Positions 12,270 to 24,584 of a stretch of 64,000 nucleotides of DNA are shown in pieces. Position 1 is the first letter of the stretch. Every line of letters begins with the position of its first letter. Origin of the DNA: Bugula neritina (taxonomy: Eukaryota > Animalia > Bryozoa); assembly GCA_964035545.1 (NCBI GenBank), contig CAXIUT010000205.1:1-64000 (forward strand). Reading direction: 5' to 3'. The notes beneath the pieces are model-generated. The model saw only the letters and a program-made list of their open reading frames with translations. It did no database searches and was not told the DNA's origin. Position numbers and translations under genes: made by a program.

Positions 12270-13070
12270 ATGTTTTTTGAATATATTAATCTTTTTATTT
12301 ATAATAACGTCAATAGTTTGAGTATACTATTTTTTAATGCCTTTGAGGGGTTTAGTATTGAGTACATAGATTTATGCTTTTTATGAAATAAAAATATGTT
12401 TTATTTCTTATTAACTTTTGTATTACTAAGGTTTAGTTTAATGTTTGTTTTATTTAATAATAACATATTAATGTCTCTAGTATGTGTTAACTATATACAT
12501 GAATTTTTTAAATTCATTTTTAATTTAATATTAAATTATGTTAAATACAGAATTAATATTTTTTATTATTTTATTAGTTATATATTTTTTATTATTTTTT
12601 TTAATAATGTTATTGGTTTACTACCATTTAGTAGTACAATTAATAGTCATTTTAATATAACTATCATATTATCATTCATCTGTTGATTTGGAATTATGTT
12701 AATAGGTTTTGCTAATTTTGGCAGAAATTTCATTTCTCTTTTTTGTGTATCAGGTATACCTGGTGTATTAGTACCGTTTTTAGGTGGTATTGAAATATTA
12801 TCTTATTTTTTTAGATTTGTAAGTTTATCACTTCGTTTATTTGCTAATATAGTAGCAGGCCATGTCTTATTAGAAACCATATATGTGTTTACTTTTTTTT
12901 TTCTACTAAATTATTATAGTATCACTTTTCTAAATTTTATATGTTTTTTATTTCCTTTACAATTTCTTGTAATATTAATAATGTTTGAAACAGTAATCTC
13001 TTTTTTACAAGCTTATATTTTTGCAGTGTTATCATTGATTTACTTAAAAGATTCGTTATATTTACATTAA
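12270..13070 (+). CDS. atp6: ATP synthase subunit a
   Basis: 'IEILSYFFRFVSLSLRLFANIVAGH', 'LQAYIF'. Confidence 0.96.
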
Positions 13071-13071
13071 T

Positions 13072-14235
<1,164 letters not shown>

Positions 14236-16194
14236 GGTTTCGCTGATTCCGGAAAAACTTGTTTTCCTATTACTGATCTAATAAAGGAAATTAATATGTA
14301 TATAAGGCTCAAATTTGTCTTACAAGTATTATATGTATTAACGGAGGTTGCTACTATAATTTACATGAACGGTCACATAATGAACTTGTCTCTTATGTGT
14401 TTAGGTATGACCCCCTTGAGCGTGTGTTTTTACTTTCATATACACCTTTTTATGATAAGAACTAATTTTTGTTATAAATCGAAATATAAAGTGACAGTAC
14501 ATAAAGTACTCATAGACTATGTAGTTAGTTTAAATCGATCAGTAGTGCTTTTTATATATAAATATATAGGGGTGAACTACGATAGTAGCAGACTCAATAC
14601 AAAGGTGAGTTTTTTTGCAGGGCAGCTTTATAAAAATATAAATAAAGAAATACAATGAATTGATTTCTTTCTCTTGAGAAAACTTATTTATTTTTTTATA
14701 TTGAGAATATATGCGATGGACTGAGACGTATTAACAATATTGTCGAATAAGATTTTTTTAATTTTTTTAAAGATTAATTCTTATTTCCTTAGTGTATATA
14801 GCGGGTATAATATAGCTTCAATAGTTTGTTTCAGAAGACGTGATTTTTTCATTGATGAAAAGTTTAACAATGATAAGTTATCATCTATTATAAACACTCA
14901 CATATCTAATAATACATGACCTATGAAAGATAGTTTCGTCAGTTCTAGAATTAGATTATTTATTATTGCTTTGAAGAGTCATATAGCGGTATTAACAAGG
15001 CAAGATTTGGTTAAAGAGAGAATATCTTTAAGTAATTACTATTCCTTTCATTTATATAATAGATTGTACTCTATACAATCTATTAAAAAGACTAGCCACA
15101 TTAACGATGAAGAGTGCTTAAATTTGTTAAATAAAACAAGATATATTCATTTTATAAAATACAATGTACAACTAGGTATTGTTAATATTATAGATCTAGT
15201 TTTGCAGAAGATGCTTCTTAACATCATAGAACCTTTTTACGAAGCATCTTTTAAAAAAATAGCAAACCACGCGTTTTTCTGTGTTAGCTCTGCTGTACAG
15301 AAAGTGTTTGAGTTATTAGGAGAGACGAACAAGGTTTTTATACATTTAGATCTACGTGATAGCTTTAATAGTATTTCTAGAAAGCGTTTATTAGGTATAT
15401 GAGTACCTACACCTTTTAAAAAAGCAGTGATATATTGGTTTCACTCATCTCTAAATGTGCCTTCTCATTATAAAAAAAGTAATCTAGGTCCACTTTTTTG
15501 TAGTATACTGTTACAAAAAATATCCAAAAGTGTTTATAAAGAATCTCCTTATTTTCACTCAATAGGTGTGAAAAGCCCTTATACACATTGCATTTATTGT
15601 GCAGAGTCTTTAACACTGATATTTAATGTAGGGTGTAAATATGTGGTATTAAAAAAAACTTACGAGTATCTCGATCGGCTTTTTTTAAAAAAAACTACTA
15701 TATCTCTTATCAGAGATAGGACAACTGTCTTTTCTAATTGGAGTAAAAGCCTAAAAATAAATTATTTAGGCTTTACTTTTAATTATAACCCGTCTTTACT
15801 TTTTGTGAATAAATCTCTATCTTTTTATCAGAGAGAGGGTACTTGCTATAAATTGAGAATATCTGTTTTAATGTCTTGTTTGAACACCCATAAATCTAAA
15901 ATAAAAAAACTAATTAGAAAAAACTATCATAGTCGTGTAACGAAATTGATACGTTTGTTAAACACTATAATAAGTAGGTTTTTAACTTATTATAAGTTTT
16001 TCCCTCAATTAAGGAATGTTTTTTCATATTTAGATACCTTTGTGCATTCTAGAGTACTTATATTTTTAAAAAAAAAATATAAAAACACCCCTATTAATAA
16101 AGTGATAAAAAAACATTTTATTATCAAGTCTTGAACTTTTACAGATGGTTTTGGGGTCAAAGCAATTCGCTTAATAAAACATAGTAAGTCTTAA
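14236..16194 (+). CDS. Intron-encoded degenerate reverse transcriptase/maturase, in frame with cox1 exon 1
   Basis: No TAA/TAG from exon 1 to 16194. RT2 '[12 protein letters not shown]...[10 protein letters not shown]', RT3 '[11 protein letters not shown]', RT7 'YLGF', domain X '[13 protein letters not shown]...FSYLD'. YADD replaced by 'YCAES'. Confidence 0.85.
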
Positions 16195-16448
16195 AAAACC
16201 TTTTTATATCTTTTTTTTGTTTTAATATACTTTTTTTTAATGGTTTTTTCTCTAAATATTCAGATATTAAGAAGAATTAAATAAAACCTGACTTATTCCT
16301 CTGTCTTTCTCGCAGGAATTTCTCTGTCTTTATCGCAGGGAATAGAACATGACGTTTTCCTCTGTTCTTCTCGCAGAAGCGAGTTTTTTTTCTTTTTAGA
16401 AAGAAGAAAACTTTTTTAAAAAACGACTTTTTTTTATTAAAATAACTT

Positions 16449-16667
16449 ATGGTTGCAGAATTCAAATTTTTAGGTGCAGGTATAGCAACAGTAGCTCTTT
16501 CGGGTGTAGGTAACGGTATAGGTTACATTTTCAATGGATTATTAAATGCTGTAGCAGTTAATCCAAGTCTTACTAAAGTATTGTTTAATTACGCAATTAT
16601 CGGTTTTGCTTTAACTGAAGCAATTGCGTTATTTACTTTAATGATTGTTTTTTTAATTTTGTTTTAG
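16449..16667 (+). CDS. atp9: ATP synthase subunit c, nested in the cox1 intron
   Basis: 'KFLGAGIA...GVGNGIG...NPSL...[12 protein letters not shown]' with the catalytic Glu; 72 aa. Confidence 0.96.
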   Translation: MVAEFKFLGAGIATVALSGVGNGIGYIFNGLLNAVAVNPSLTKVLFNYAIIGFALTEAIALFTLMIVFLILF

Positions 16668-16935
16668 TATTGTATGGTTCTTAGTATTTAGTAATATTAA
16701 GTTATCAGATAATCCAAGATGCACTGTGAAATTCTTTCCTTCTTTGTATTATTATTTATAAATAATAGCAAGTGATAGTAAAGTGCAATTAGAACAAGTA
16801 TTGTATATTCCAAAATATCAAGTAATACTTAGAGATATTCTTATGTAAATAATTTTCTGAAATAATATAAATATGATGTAAATATTATTTCATGCAATTT
16901 TTTATACTTTAATTAAATGTAAAAGTACACGTAGA

Positions 16936-16969
16936 GAGCGTAGTACTAGGCGACTGGTTTGCTGTGTTC
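16936..16969 (+). other. Group II intron catalytic domain V
   Basis: 34-nt hairpin GAGCGTAGT-ACTAG-GCGA-CTGGT-TT-GCTGTGTTC with AGC triad, GNRA loop and 2-nt bulge. Confidence 0.9.
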
Positions 16970-17016
16970 GGAGGGAGTTTAGTAAACAGATATGTTTTTG
17001 TAAGAACTATCCCAAT

Positions 17017-18084
17017 TATGTTGTTGCTCATTTTCACTATGTATTATCAATGGGTGCTGTGTTTGCTATCTTTTCTGGTTTTTATTATTGATTTGGTAAA
17101 GTAACAGGATATCAATATTCTGAAACTTTAGGTAAATTACATTTTTGACTTACTTTTATAGGTGCTAACATAACCTTTTTTCCAATGCACGTCTTAGGGC
17201 TTTCAGGAATGCCTAGAAGAATACCCGATTATCCAGATATGTATGCAGATTTAAATATACTTTGTTCGATAGGTTCTTTGATAGCTAGTTTAGGGTTGTT
17301 GTTATGGTTCTATGTAATAATAGATGCGTTTTTTAATCAAATAAAATGTGCTAGTAATCCTTGACAGATCTATCCTTCTTATGAGGAATTTTTAATTAGA
17401 GTGTGAAAAGTGTCTAAATACTTAGATAGCTCTTTCGACTTAAATAGTACTTCTAATTACATTTCAGATAAAAATACACTAATATCTTCTTTAAAAAGTA
17501 AAAAAGTTGATCTTCAAACGTTATCTCATTTGATTTTAAAAGATAATCTATTTGATATTAGTAATGGTGTATTACATATATGAATGAGATTACATAATAG
17601 GTATAAATATACTTTAGAATTTAATTCTAAAAGTTACAAAGTAGATACGTTAGAGTGAACACTCACATCACCTCCAGCATATCATACTTTCACTAAACCT
17701 ATAAAAATAATTATAACTGCAGAGAAGTACAATACATTTAAATTTAAAAATAATAAAAAAGCTTATATTGATTACACTTCTTCTATAGAAGGTAACTATT
17801 TTAATAGTTTTATATTTTCAGGTAATATTTTAAGTACTATTTATATGTCTTATAATAATAAAAATATAGATACCAATATAACTAAAGATTATGTTGTAAA
17901 AAAGAAAAATGTCTGCAATACATCTAAATCTAATTTATACGTTTCTTCGTATATGTACAAGTTGGACCATAGATTATTCTCTAATTTCTTAAGGAACAGA
18001 GCTATAAATTTAAGTTTTTTAAAAGATAATGAAAGATTATCTGATTTGTTCTTTAAAAAAGTATTAATTGATAGTTTAAAATAA
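17017..18084 (+). CDS. cox1: Cytochrome c oxidase subunit 1, exon 2 (with insertion and C-terminal extension)
   Basis: '[14 protein letters not shown]', '[11 protein letters not shown]', '[15 protein letters not shown]'. Frame stays open to TAA 18084. Confidence 0.94.
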
Positions 18085-18136
18085 GTCTCTTAGCAGAAAA
18101 ATTCCTTTTTTTCTTTTGTTTATAAAGTTTGTTATT

Positions 18137-18197
18137 TCCGGTCTTTTGGTAAAAGTTATCATCTCAGATAGAGTGAGTTCGAATCTCATTGCCGGTC
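18137..18197 (+). pseudogene. Shrunken tRNA-like element
   Basis: Canonical T arm GTGAG-TTCGAAT-CTCAT, CCGGT/GCCGG acceptor-like stem, reduced D and anticodon arms. Confidence 0.5.
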
Positions 18198-18207
18198 ATT
18201 TTGTTCT

Positions 18208-18235
18208 TTTAACTGTACTTGTTAGTACAGTTAAA
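18208..18235. terminator. Perfect 12-bp hairpin between convergent cox1 and nad7
   Basis: TTTAACTGTACT-TGTT-AGTACAGTTAAA. Function inferred from position only. Confidence 0.5.
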
Positions 18236-18289
18236 CTTAACTTCTTTTAAACTTAAAATGTGTAAAACTTAATGTTTTTTCTAGAGATT

Positions 18290-19465
18290 TTATCTATCTA
18301 CCTCACCAAAAACAATGTCTTGGGTGCCTATAATAGTTACTAAATCTGAAATCATATGACCGTTTGACATATGATTTAATGCCTGTAAATGCATAAAACC
18401 AGGTGTTCTTATTTTACATCTATAAGGTCTATTTGACCCATCAGAAATCATATATATACCAGTTTCCCCTTTTGGTGCTTCCACACATCTATAAATATGT
18501 CCTTTCTTTACATATAACCCCTCACTGTATATTTTAAAGTGATGTATAAGCGCTTCCATAGACTGTTGCATCTTCTTTCTTGTTGGATTGGTAATTTTAT
18601 TATCATCTACTTTTATTAAACCTGCAGGTAGGTTTTGAAGACACTGCATAATGATATTGATACTTTGCCTCATTTCGAGTATACGTATTAGATATCTATC
18701 ATAGCAATCACCATTTTTACCTAATGGTACCACAAAGTTTAAATGCTTATACATTTCATAACCATACTTTTTTCTAATATCTCAATCTAAACCGGAACCT
18801 CTACATAAAACGCCTGTGAGTCCTAGATCGATAGACTCTCTATAATTTATTTTTGCTACATCAACCAATCGTTGTTTTCAAATTCTATTATTTGTTAAAA
18901 GTTCTTCTACCTCATTAATTCTAGAGTTAAACTGATTTACAAATAAATAAATCTCTTGTAACATACCAAAAGGTATATCAAAGTTAACACCACCAGGTCT
19001 AATATATGCAGCATGCATTCGAGACCCAGAAACTCTTTCATAAAATTCCATAATCTTCTCTCTTTCCTCAAAAGACCATAGTAATGGCGTTAATGCACCT
19101 ACATCTATTGCGTGTGTCGTGATCGATAGTAAGTGGTTTAAAATTCTAGTTAATTCTAAAAAAATAACTCTTATATATTTCGCTCTATAAGGTATATTTA
19201 TTTGTATTAAGTTTTCCACAGTATATGAATATAGATGTTCTTGTGCCATCATAGACACGTAATCTAATCTATCAAAATATGGTAAAGCTTGTAAATAAGT
19301 TTTATATTCAATTAGTTTCTCAGTACCTCTATGTAGTAATCCTATATGTGGATCTGCTTTAATTATTATTTCACCATCTAATTCTAATATTAATCTTAAA
19401 ACCCCATGCGCTGAGGGGTGTTGTGGTCCAAAATTTAAAATAAAATGTTTTATTTTTTTAAACAC
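18290..19465 (-). CDS. nad7: NADH dehydrogenase subunit 7 (GTG start)
   Basis: '[15 protein letters not shown]', 'GLLHRGTEK', 'DIVFGEVDR'. Two listed ORFs joined through TGA. Confidence 0.97.
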
Positions 19466-19677
19466 TTTTTGTAATGTATAACTTTTTTTTATCTTTCTTA
19501 AAAACTACAATAGTTTGTATTTGCTTTTTTATTTTTTTCTTTATTTACTTACTTTATTATAATTCTATTTATTGTAATGTAACTCTTCTTTATTTATATA
19601 ATAAAATATATTAAAATTATGGTATACAATCTGAAAATTATACATTATAATTTAATTTTTTTAACTTTTCTGAACAA

Positions 19678-20145
19678 ATGTCTTTAAAAAAAAAGCCAAT
19701 TGATTTTGTATTACAACTATATTTATACTCTGATGTAAAAATGTTTGACTCTAAAATAAAAACAGCTCTAAGTAAAAAACGTATTTCTCATCATGATTTG
19801 ATGGACATATTTAGATATAAGATCAAATATTTAAATATCAATACAGTTTTAAAATTGAATGTCTTTGTTTATTGCTTTACAGATGGTACTTTTATTGTTT
19901 ATATAAAGTTACCTTCTCTTTATAATTTATTGAGCCGCTCTATAAATTTAAAGCAAAATTTTAAAATACCTGGAAAGATGTTAACTTATAACAATAACTT
20001 TTATATCTTAACACCTTATATAGTTTATGAAATAGCAAAATTTAAATATCAATATGAAAGTTTTACAAATGTACCTTTTATTGATTACTATAAAAGATGT
20101 GTAAATGGCTTTAAAAGTAATGGTCTTCTTTTGTATTTATGTTAG
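19678..20145 (+). CDS. rpl11: Ribosomal protein L11
   Basis: 'VYCFTDGTFIVYIKLPSLYNLL...YEIAKFK' resembles the L11 C-terminal half. Confidence 0.7.
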   Translation: MSLKKKPIDFVLQLYLYSDVKMFDSKIKTALSKKRISHHDLMDIFRYKIKYLNINTVLKLNVFVYCFTDGTFIVYIKLPSLYNLLSRSINLKQNFKIPGKMLTYNNNFYILTPYIVYEIAKFKYQYESFTNVPFIDYYKRCVNGFKSNGLLLYLC

Positions 20146-20690
20146 ACCTTTCAATACCTTATGATCAAACTAATATATATAAAAAATCGTTTAATCAAAT
20201 AAACATAGCTTATTTTTTTTTTAATAAAAAAGTACATTTTATACATAGTGACACTTATAAAAAACATAAGTACTATCAATGTTGAACAAATAACTTAAAA
20301 TGCTTTTTTGGTTATAATAAAAAGTTATTATTTTTTTTACTACCTATATTTGGGTATAATAAAAACATACTTTTTACAAATGTAGATGAATATTATTTCA
20401 CATGTTTTAAGTATTTGTTAAGATATTATGGATATTATTTTACTTTAAGTTGGTATTTACTTTATTTAAAGCAAAGACATTTCATACTACCTTTATTGTC
20501 TAAAGGTATACGTTTTTACAAAAAATATCCTTGCCGGGGGCAACGTACACATACAAATTATAAAACAACAAGGAAAGTAAATAAAAACATAACATTAAAA
20601 CTCTTTAAAAAAAAATTAAATAAAAGATTTATTACTAAATTTTTCCCTAGTTATAATGAAATGAACTTGTTTTATTATCATAGATTTTAA
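20139..20690 (+). CDS. rps13: Ribosomal protein S13
   Basis: 'KGIR...YPCRGQRTHTN'. Extended upstream through TGA to ATG 20139. Confidence 0.88.
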
Positions 20691-20698
20691 TTATTTTT

Positions 20699-21586
20699 AT
20701 GTTTTTGCAATCGAATAATAATCATGATAGAGATATATACAAAAAATTTATTCTTTTTTATAATATAATTAACACTTTATTTTTTAATAAAGACATTTGA
20801 GTATACTTCTTGTTACCTAACTTTTTATACTTTTTAAAAAAAAAAATCAAATCGTTAAATTGAACTTGTAATATACAAAATGTGTTACACACATTTGTTA
20901 CAAAAAACGTCTTTTTAAAAAAAGACGTTTTTATATATAACTTTTTAAAAAAAATTATTACACTCTTTAAGACTTATTTATGAAGTATACACTTAAAGTG
21001 TTTTAATAATTTTTTTTATTTAAAGACGTCTGCCTTTTTTAATTTTAAATCAAAGTATAAGTGTTTTGATTTATCAAATAATTATTTTTATTATATGAGA
21101 AAACAAAGTATCTTATATAGTAAATTTAAATTTTTTTTTGATAATAGTATTACACCATTTATGAACTTCAACAAATTGTCGAATTGTCTTTTTTTAAAAA
21201 AAAAAATAGCATTACATAATATACTACATAATCTATTGAATGATACTTATTTTTTATATTCTGATATAAATACTTTTTTCAACAATAAAACACTTGCTAT
21301 AAATAGACCGATTCGTTATTTTAAAATATTTAATTCTATAATCTTTTCTAATAGAAATGTGTTTTTTAAAAATATAATCAGTTATAATTTGAAAGACTTT
21401 TTTTATATAAAAGACAATTGTCTTTTTAAAAAAAAAAGCTCTTTTAATAAAAACAAATTTAATCTACTTTTACTAAATAAAAAAATTTTTTTTTTATTAA
21501 AAACAATATTTTTTTATCTAATAAGAAGTGATCTTTTCTTTCTAACTATTATTATAAATTGTTTATTAACTACAAAACGTCTTTAA
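20699..21586 (+). CDS. Hypothetical protein (~295 aa)
   Basis: Open under code 4; F/K/N-rich; overlaps the next ORF by 28 nt. Confidence 0.55.
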
Positions 21587-23526
21587 CAGTTTTTTATAAA
21601 TTATATAATAGAAAGAAAAAACACAGTCTTTTATTTAAAAATTTTTTTTTACATAAAAAATTGAACTATTACAGTATGTTAAGTGCTAAAACAGACAACA
21701 AACATAATCTAAATACATTCTTTAGTACGGGCAATAGAAACAACATTTCATTTAAAACACATTTATCTTATAGGTCTAAGGTTTTAAAACTTAAGAAACC
21801 TTTTTTTAAGAAGTATGTGTATTTACAAAAAAAAAATAAAATGTTTTATTTTTTTAAAAAAATAAAACACTATAAATACATTAACTTTATTTGTTTTTAT
21901 ATGTATTATTATTCTATTAATTCTAGATATTCTATTTTCTTATTAAAAAAGAGTATCTCTAGATGCATTACCTTTTTTAAAATATTCACCCTTTATTTGT
22001 TTAATAAGAAGTTGTTTGTAAAAGAAAGCACTTCTTTTATAAACAAATATAAAAAAACGTTTGTTTTTAAAAAAAATTTATTATATAGTAATAGTATTAA
22101 GTTTAATAGGAAACATAATAAAAACACATGTTCTTTTCTACTTAATAGTCTAGATTCTAAATACCTATCTAAATATCGTAATAAGAAACATAAAAATACA
22201 TTGTACAGTAATAATTTTTTTCTAAATCAATTTAAACCTTTGTTTTCTTATTTCTCAAAAAACAAAACGTTTTTAAAAAATAAATTATCGATTTTTTTAC
22301 TTTTAGATAATAAGGATAAGTACAGTAATAGAACATATGATAGAGTTAGTAATAGGCGTTTTAACACTATGTTAAAACGAAAATGATTTAAAAGTGTAAG
22401 ACCTCATAAAAGAATAGACTTGAGTCCTTATAAAAGAAGAGCTTATAAAAGAATAAATAGAGTAGCTTGTAATAAAGAATTATTCAGTACTTTTTCAAAT
22501 AAAAATATTAAACAATTGAAAAGCTATTTTAACTCATATATAAAAAGATCTTTTTTTAAAAGCTCAATGATTTTAAAAAAAAATCTTTTTTTTAATAAAC
22601 ACTGAATTAGTTCTAAAAAACTTTATAATACAAAGTTGATCTCTTTGTATAAAAATGTTTTTTATTTTAGACCTCATTACAGTTCTCTGTTTTCTAAGGT
22701 GGGTACTCTTTTTAAAGGATTAAAACTAGTATTTGACAAACATGACTTTTATCCAGTTGAGAAATTGAAAATGTTTTTAAAAATGTATAAGATGTACAAT
22801 GTTTATAATATTAGGTACTATATAAAGAAATTACATTTATATTTATTTTTTAAATATTTTAAACACAACATAAGCCACCATTTCTTTTCAATTTTTTTTA
22901 CTAAAATAAATAGTTATCTAAAAGAGCGTGTTAAGGTTAAAAATATAGTATCTTATCGTTATAATTTTGTCCATAGAGGTACCATCGTGTTTAAAAATGT
23001 ATTAAAGAATGTTTTTTTGACTTTAATAGATTCTAAAGGCAATACTTTATACACTATGTCTTCAGGTAGTTTGTCTTTTAAAAATCATGCACGGTATAAA
23101 AACAGTCATTATATAACGATTGAACATTTAACTAAGAAATTTTTTAAAAATATTAGACTTATCATCAAAGCTCTTAAAATTAGATATTTAAATATTTTTA
23201 TAAAAGGTTCATTATTTAATAATAATTCTTTTTTTAATAGTATAAAACAAATACTTCGTTATCATTATAGTTTTTATAAAAAATACAGTCTCTTATTTAA
23301 AAAATATTATATTTTTTTTAAATCTTATTTTAAATTTTTTAAAAGAAATTTAATGATAAATAGAGAGACTGTGTGTATAAACATTAATAATTATTTATAC
23401 AATATATATAAATTATTAGTAGTTATGAAATTTCTTACAAAGTATATTAAATCAAAAAGATTAAAGATACTATTTATAAAATATAAATTAAAAAGAAAAA
23501 ATATTTTTCAAAATGAAAAAATATAA
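21559..23526 (+). CDS. rps11: Expanded ribosomal protein S11 (655 aa, S11 domain near C-terminus)
   Basis: 'GTIVFKNVLKNVFLTLIDSKGNTLYTMSSGSLSFK...IFIKG'. Three ORFs joined through TGA. Confidence 0.75.
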
Positions 23527-24334
23527 GAGTATTACAAATTCAATGAGACATGTTTTATTATTGAATCAAAAAGATTTATCAAATAAAAAAAAAATTCTTA
23601 GCTTATCAAAAATAAAAAAGAAACACTCCGGTCGTAATAACACAGGTAAAATAATGATTCGTTCTAAGTCTTCTAAAAATACACATAAGAACTTTTATAG
23701 AATAATAGACTATAAAAGGTTAATGAACTCTAATATACCAGGTAAAATCTGTAGATTTGAATATGATCCAAATAGGTCTTCTTTCATTACATTAGTTAGG
23801 TATTGGAATAATATATATTGTTATATAATAGGTATTTCTAATTTATCTTTAAATAATGTTATATATTCTTATAACTATAATATTTTAAATACGAAAACTT
23901 ATAATTTAGGTGACAGTAATAGTCTTATCTACTTACCTAAAGGTTCCATTATAAATAATATAGAATATATACCTAACCATGGTAGTGTTTATGCACGTTC
24001 TGCAGGCACTTATGGTATATTACTTAAAAAATATATAAATATAAATAAAGCCTTAATAGAATTACCTTCCAAAGTGCAACTCTATATCTCTATTTATAAT
24101 AAAGCTACTTTAGGTGTTATATGTAATAGTTTATATAGTAAGATATCTTTAGGTAAAGCAGGTAGAAATAGGTGATTAGGTCGTAAATCTATTGTTAGAG
24201 GTGTTGCTAAAAATGCTATAGATCATCCCCATGGTGGTGGTGAGGGTAAAAAAAATAATCCTGCATTACAAAAAAATCCTTGAGGAAAAGCTTTGAAATG
24301 AAATTTAAGAAATAAAAAAAATGTTTTATATTAA
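23513..24334 (+). CDS. rpl2: Ribosomal protein L2
   Basis: 'GRNNTGKI', 'EYDPNRS', 'ARSAGT', 'KAGRNRWLG...VRGVA...DHPHGGGEG'. Confidence 0.96.
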
Positions 24335-24584
24335 TAAAAATCTAATAAAACTATACCATAAAAAACAATTAAATAACGTTTATACTAAAGATAAATCTGT
24401 TGTTATTACAAAAGATGCCATTAATAAGACATTTTTTGTATATAATGGTAAAACGTTATTAGAAAAAGAGATGAATAATTTTTATTTGATAGGTAAAAAG
24501 TTAGGTAGCTTAAAAAATATAAATACTAAAAAAATGAGTGTATATAGATCAAAAAAGAAAAAAAAAAGTTCAAAAAAAAAATAG
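24321..24584 (+). CDS. rps19: Ribosomal protein S19
   Basis: 'FFVYNGK...IGKKLG'; lies between rpl2 and rps3. Confidence 0.8.
   Translation: MFYINKNLIKLYHKKQLNNVYTKDKSVVITKDAINKTFFVYNGKTLLEKEMNNFYLIGKKLGSLKNINTKKMSVYRSKKKKKSSKKK

Larger units (their letters stand above)
14236..17016 (+). mobile_element. Group II intron in cox1 (2781 nt) containing a maturase ORF and atp9
   Basis: Removal restores 'LHDTY|[14 protein letters not shown]'. Domain V at 16936-16969, domain VI-like stem, 3' end ...CCCAAT (AY), RT-like ORF inside. Confidence 0.92.

Noticed and set aside
16720-16935. Alternative intron fold placing maturase and atp9 in domain I (AATTAG 16787-92 pairing with CTGATT)
   Set aside because: Short AT-rich pairings arise by chance, and a conventional domain I-III arrangement fits 14236-14620; needs formal modelling.
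17845-18084. Separate 79-aa gene
   Set aside because: In frame with cox1 exon 2 with no intervening TAA/TAG, so treated as the cox1 tail.
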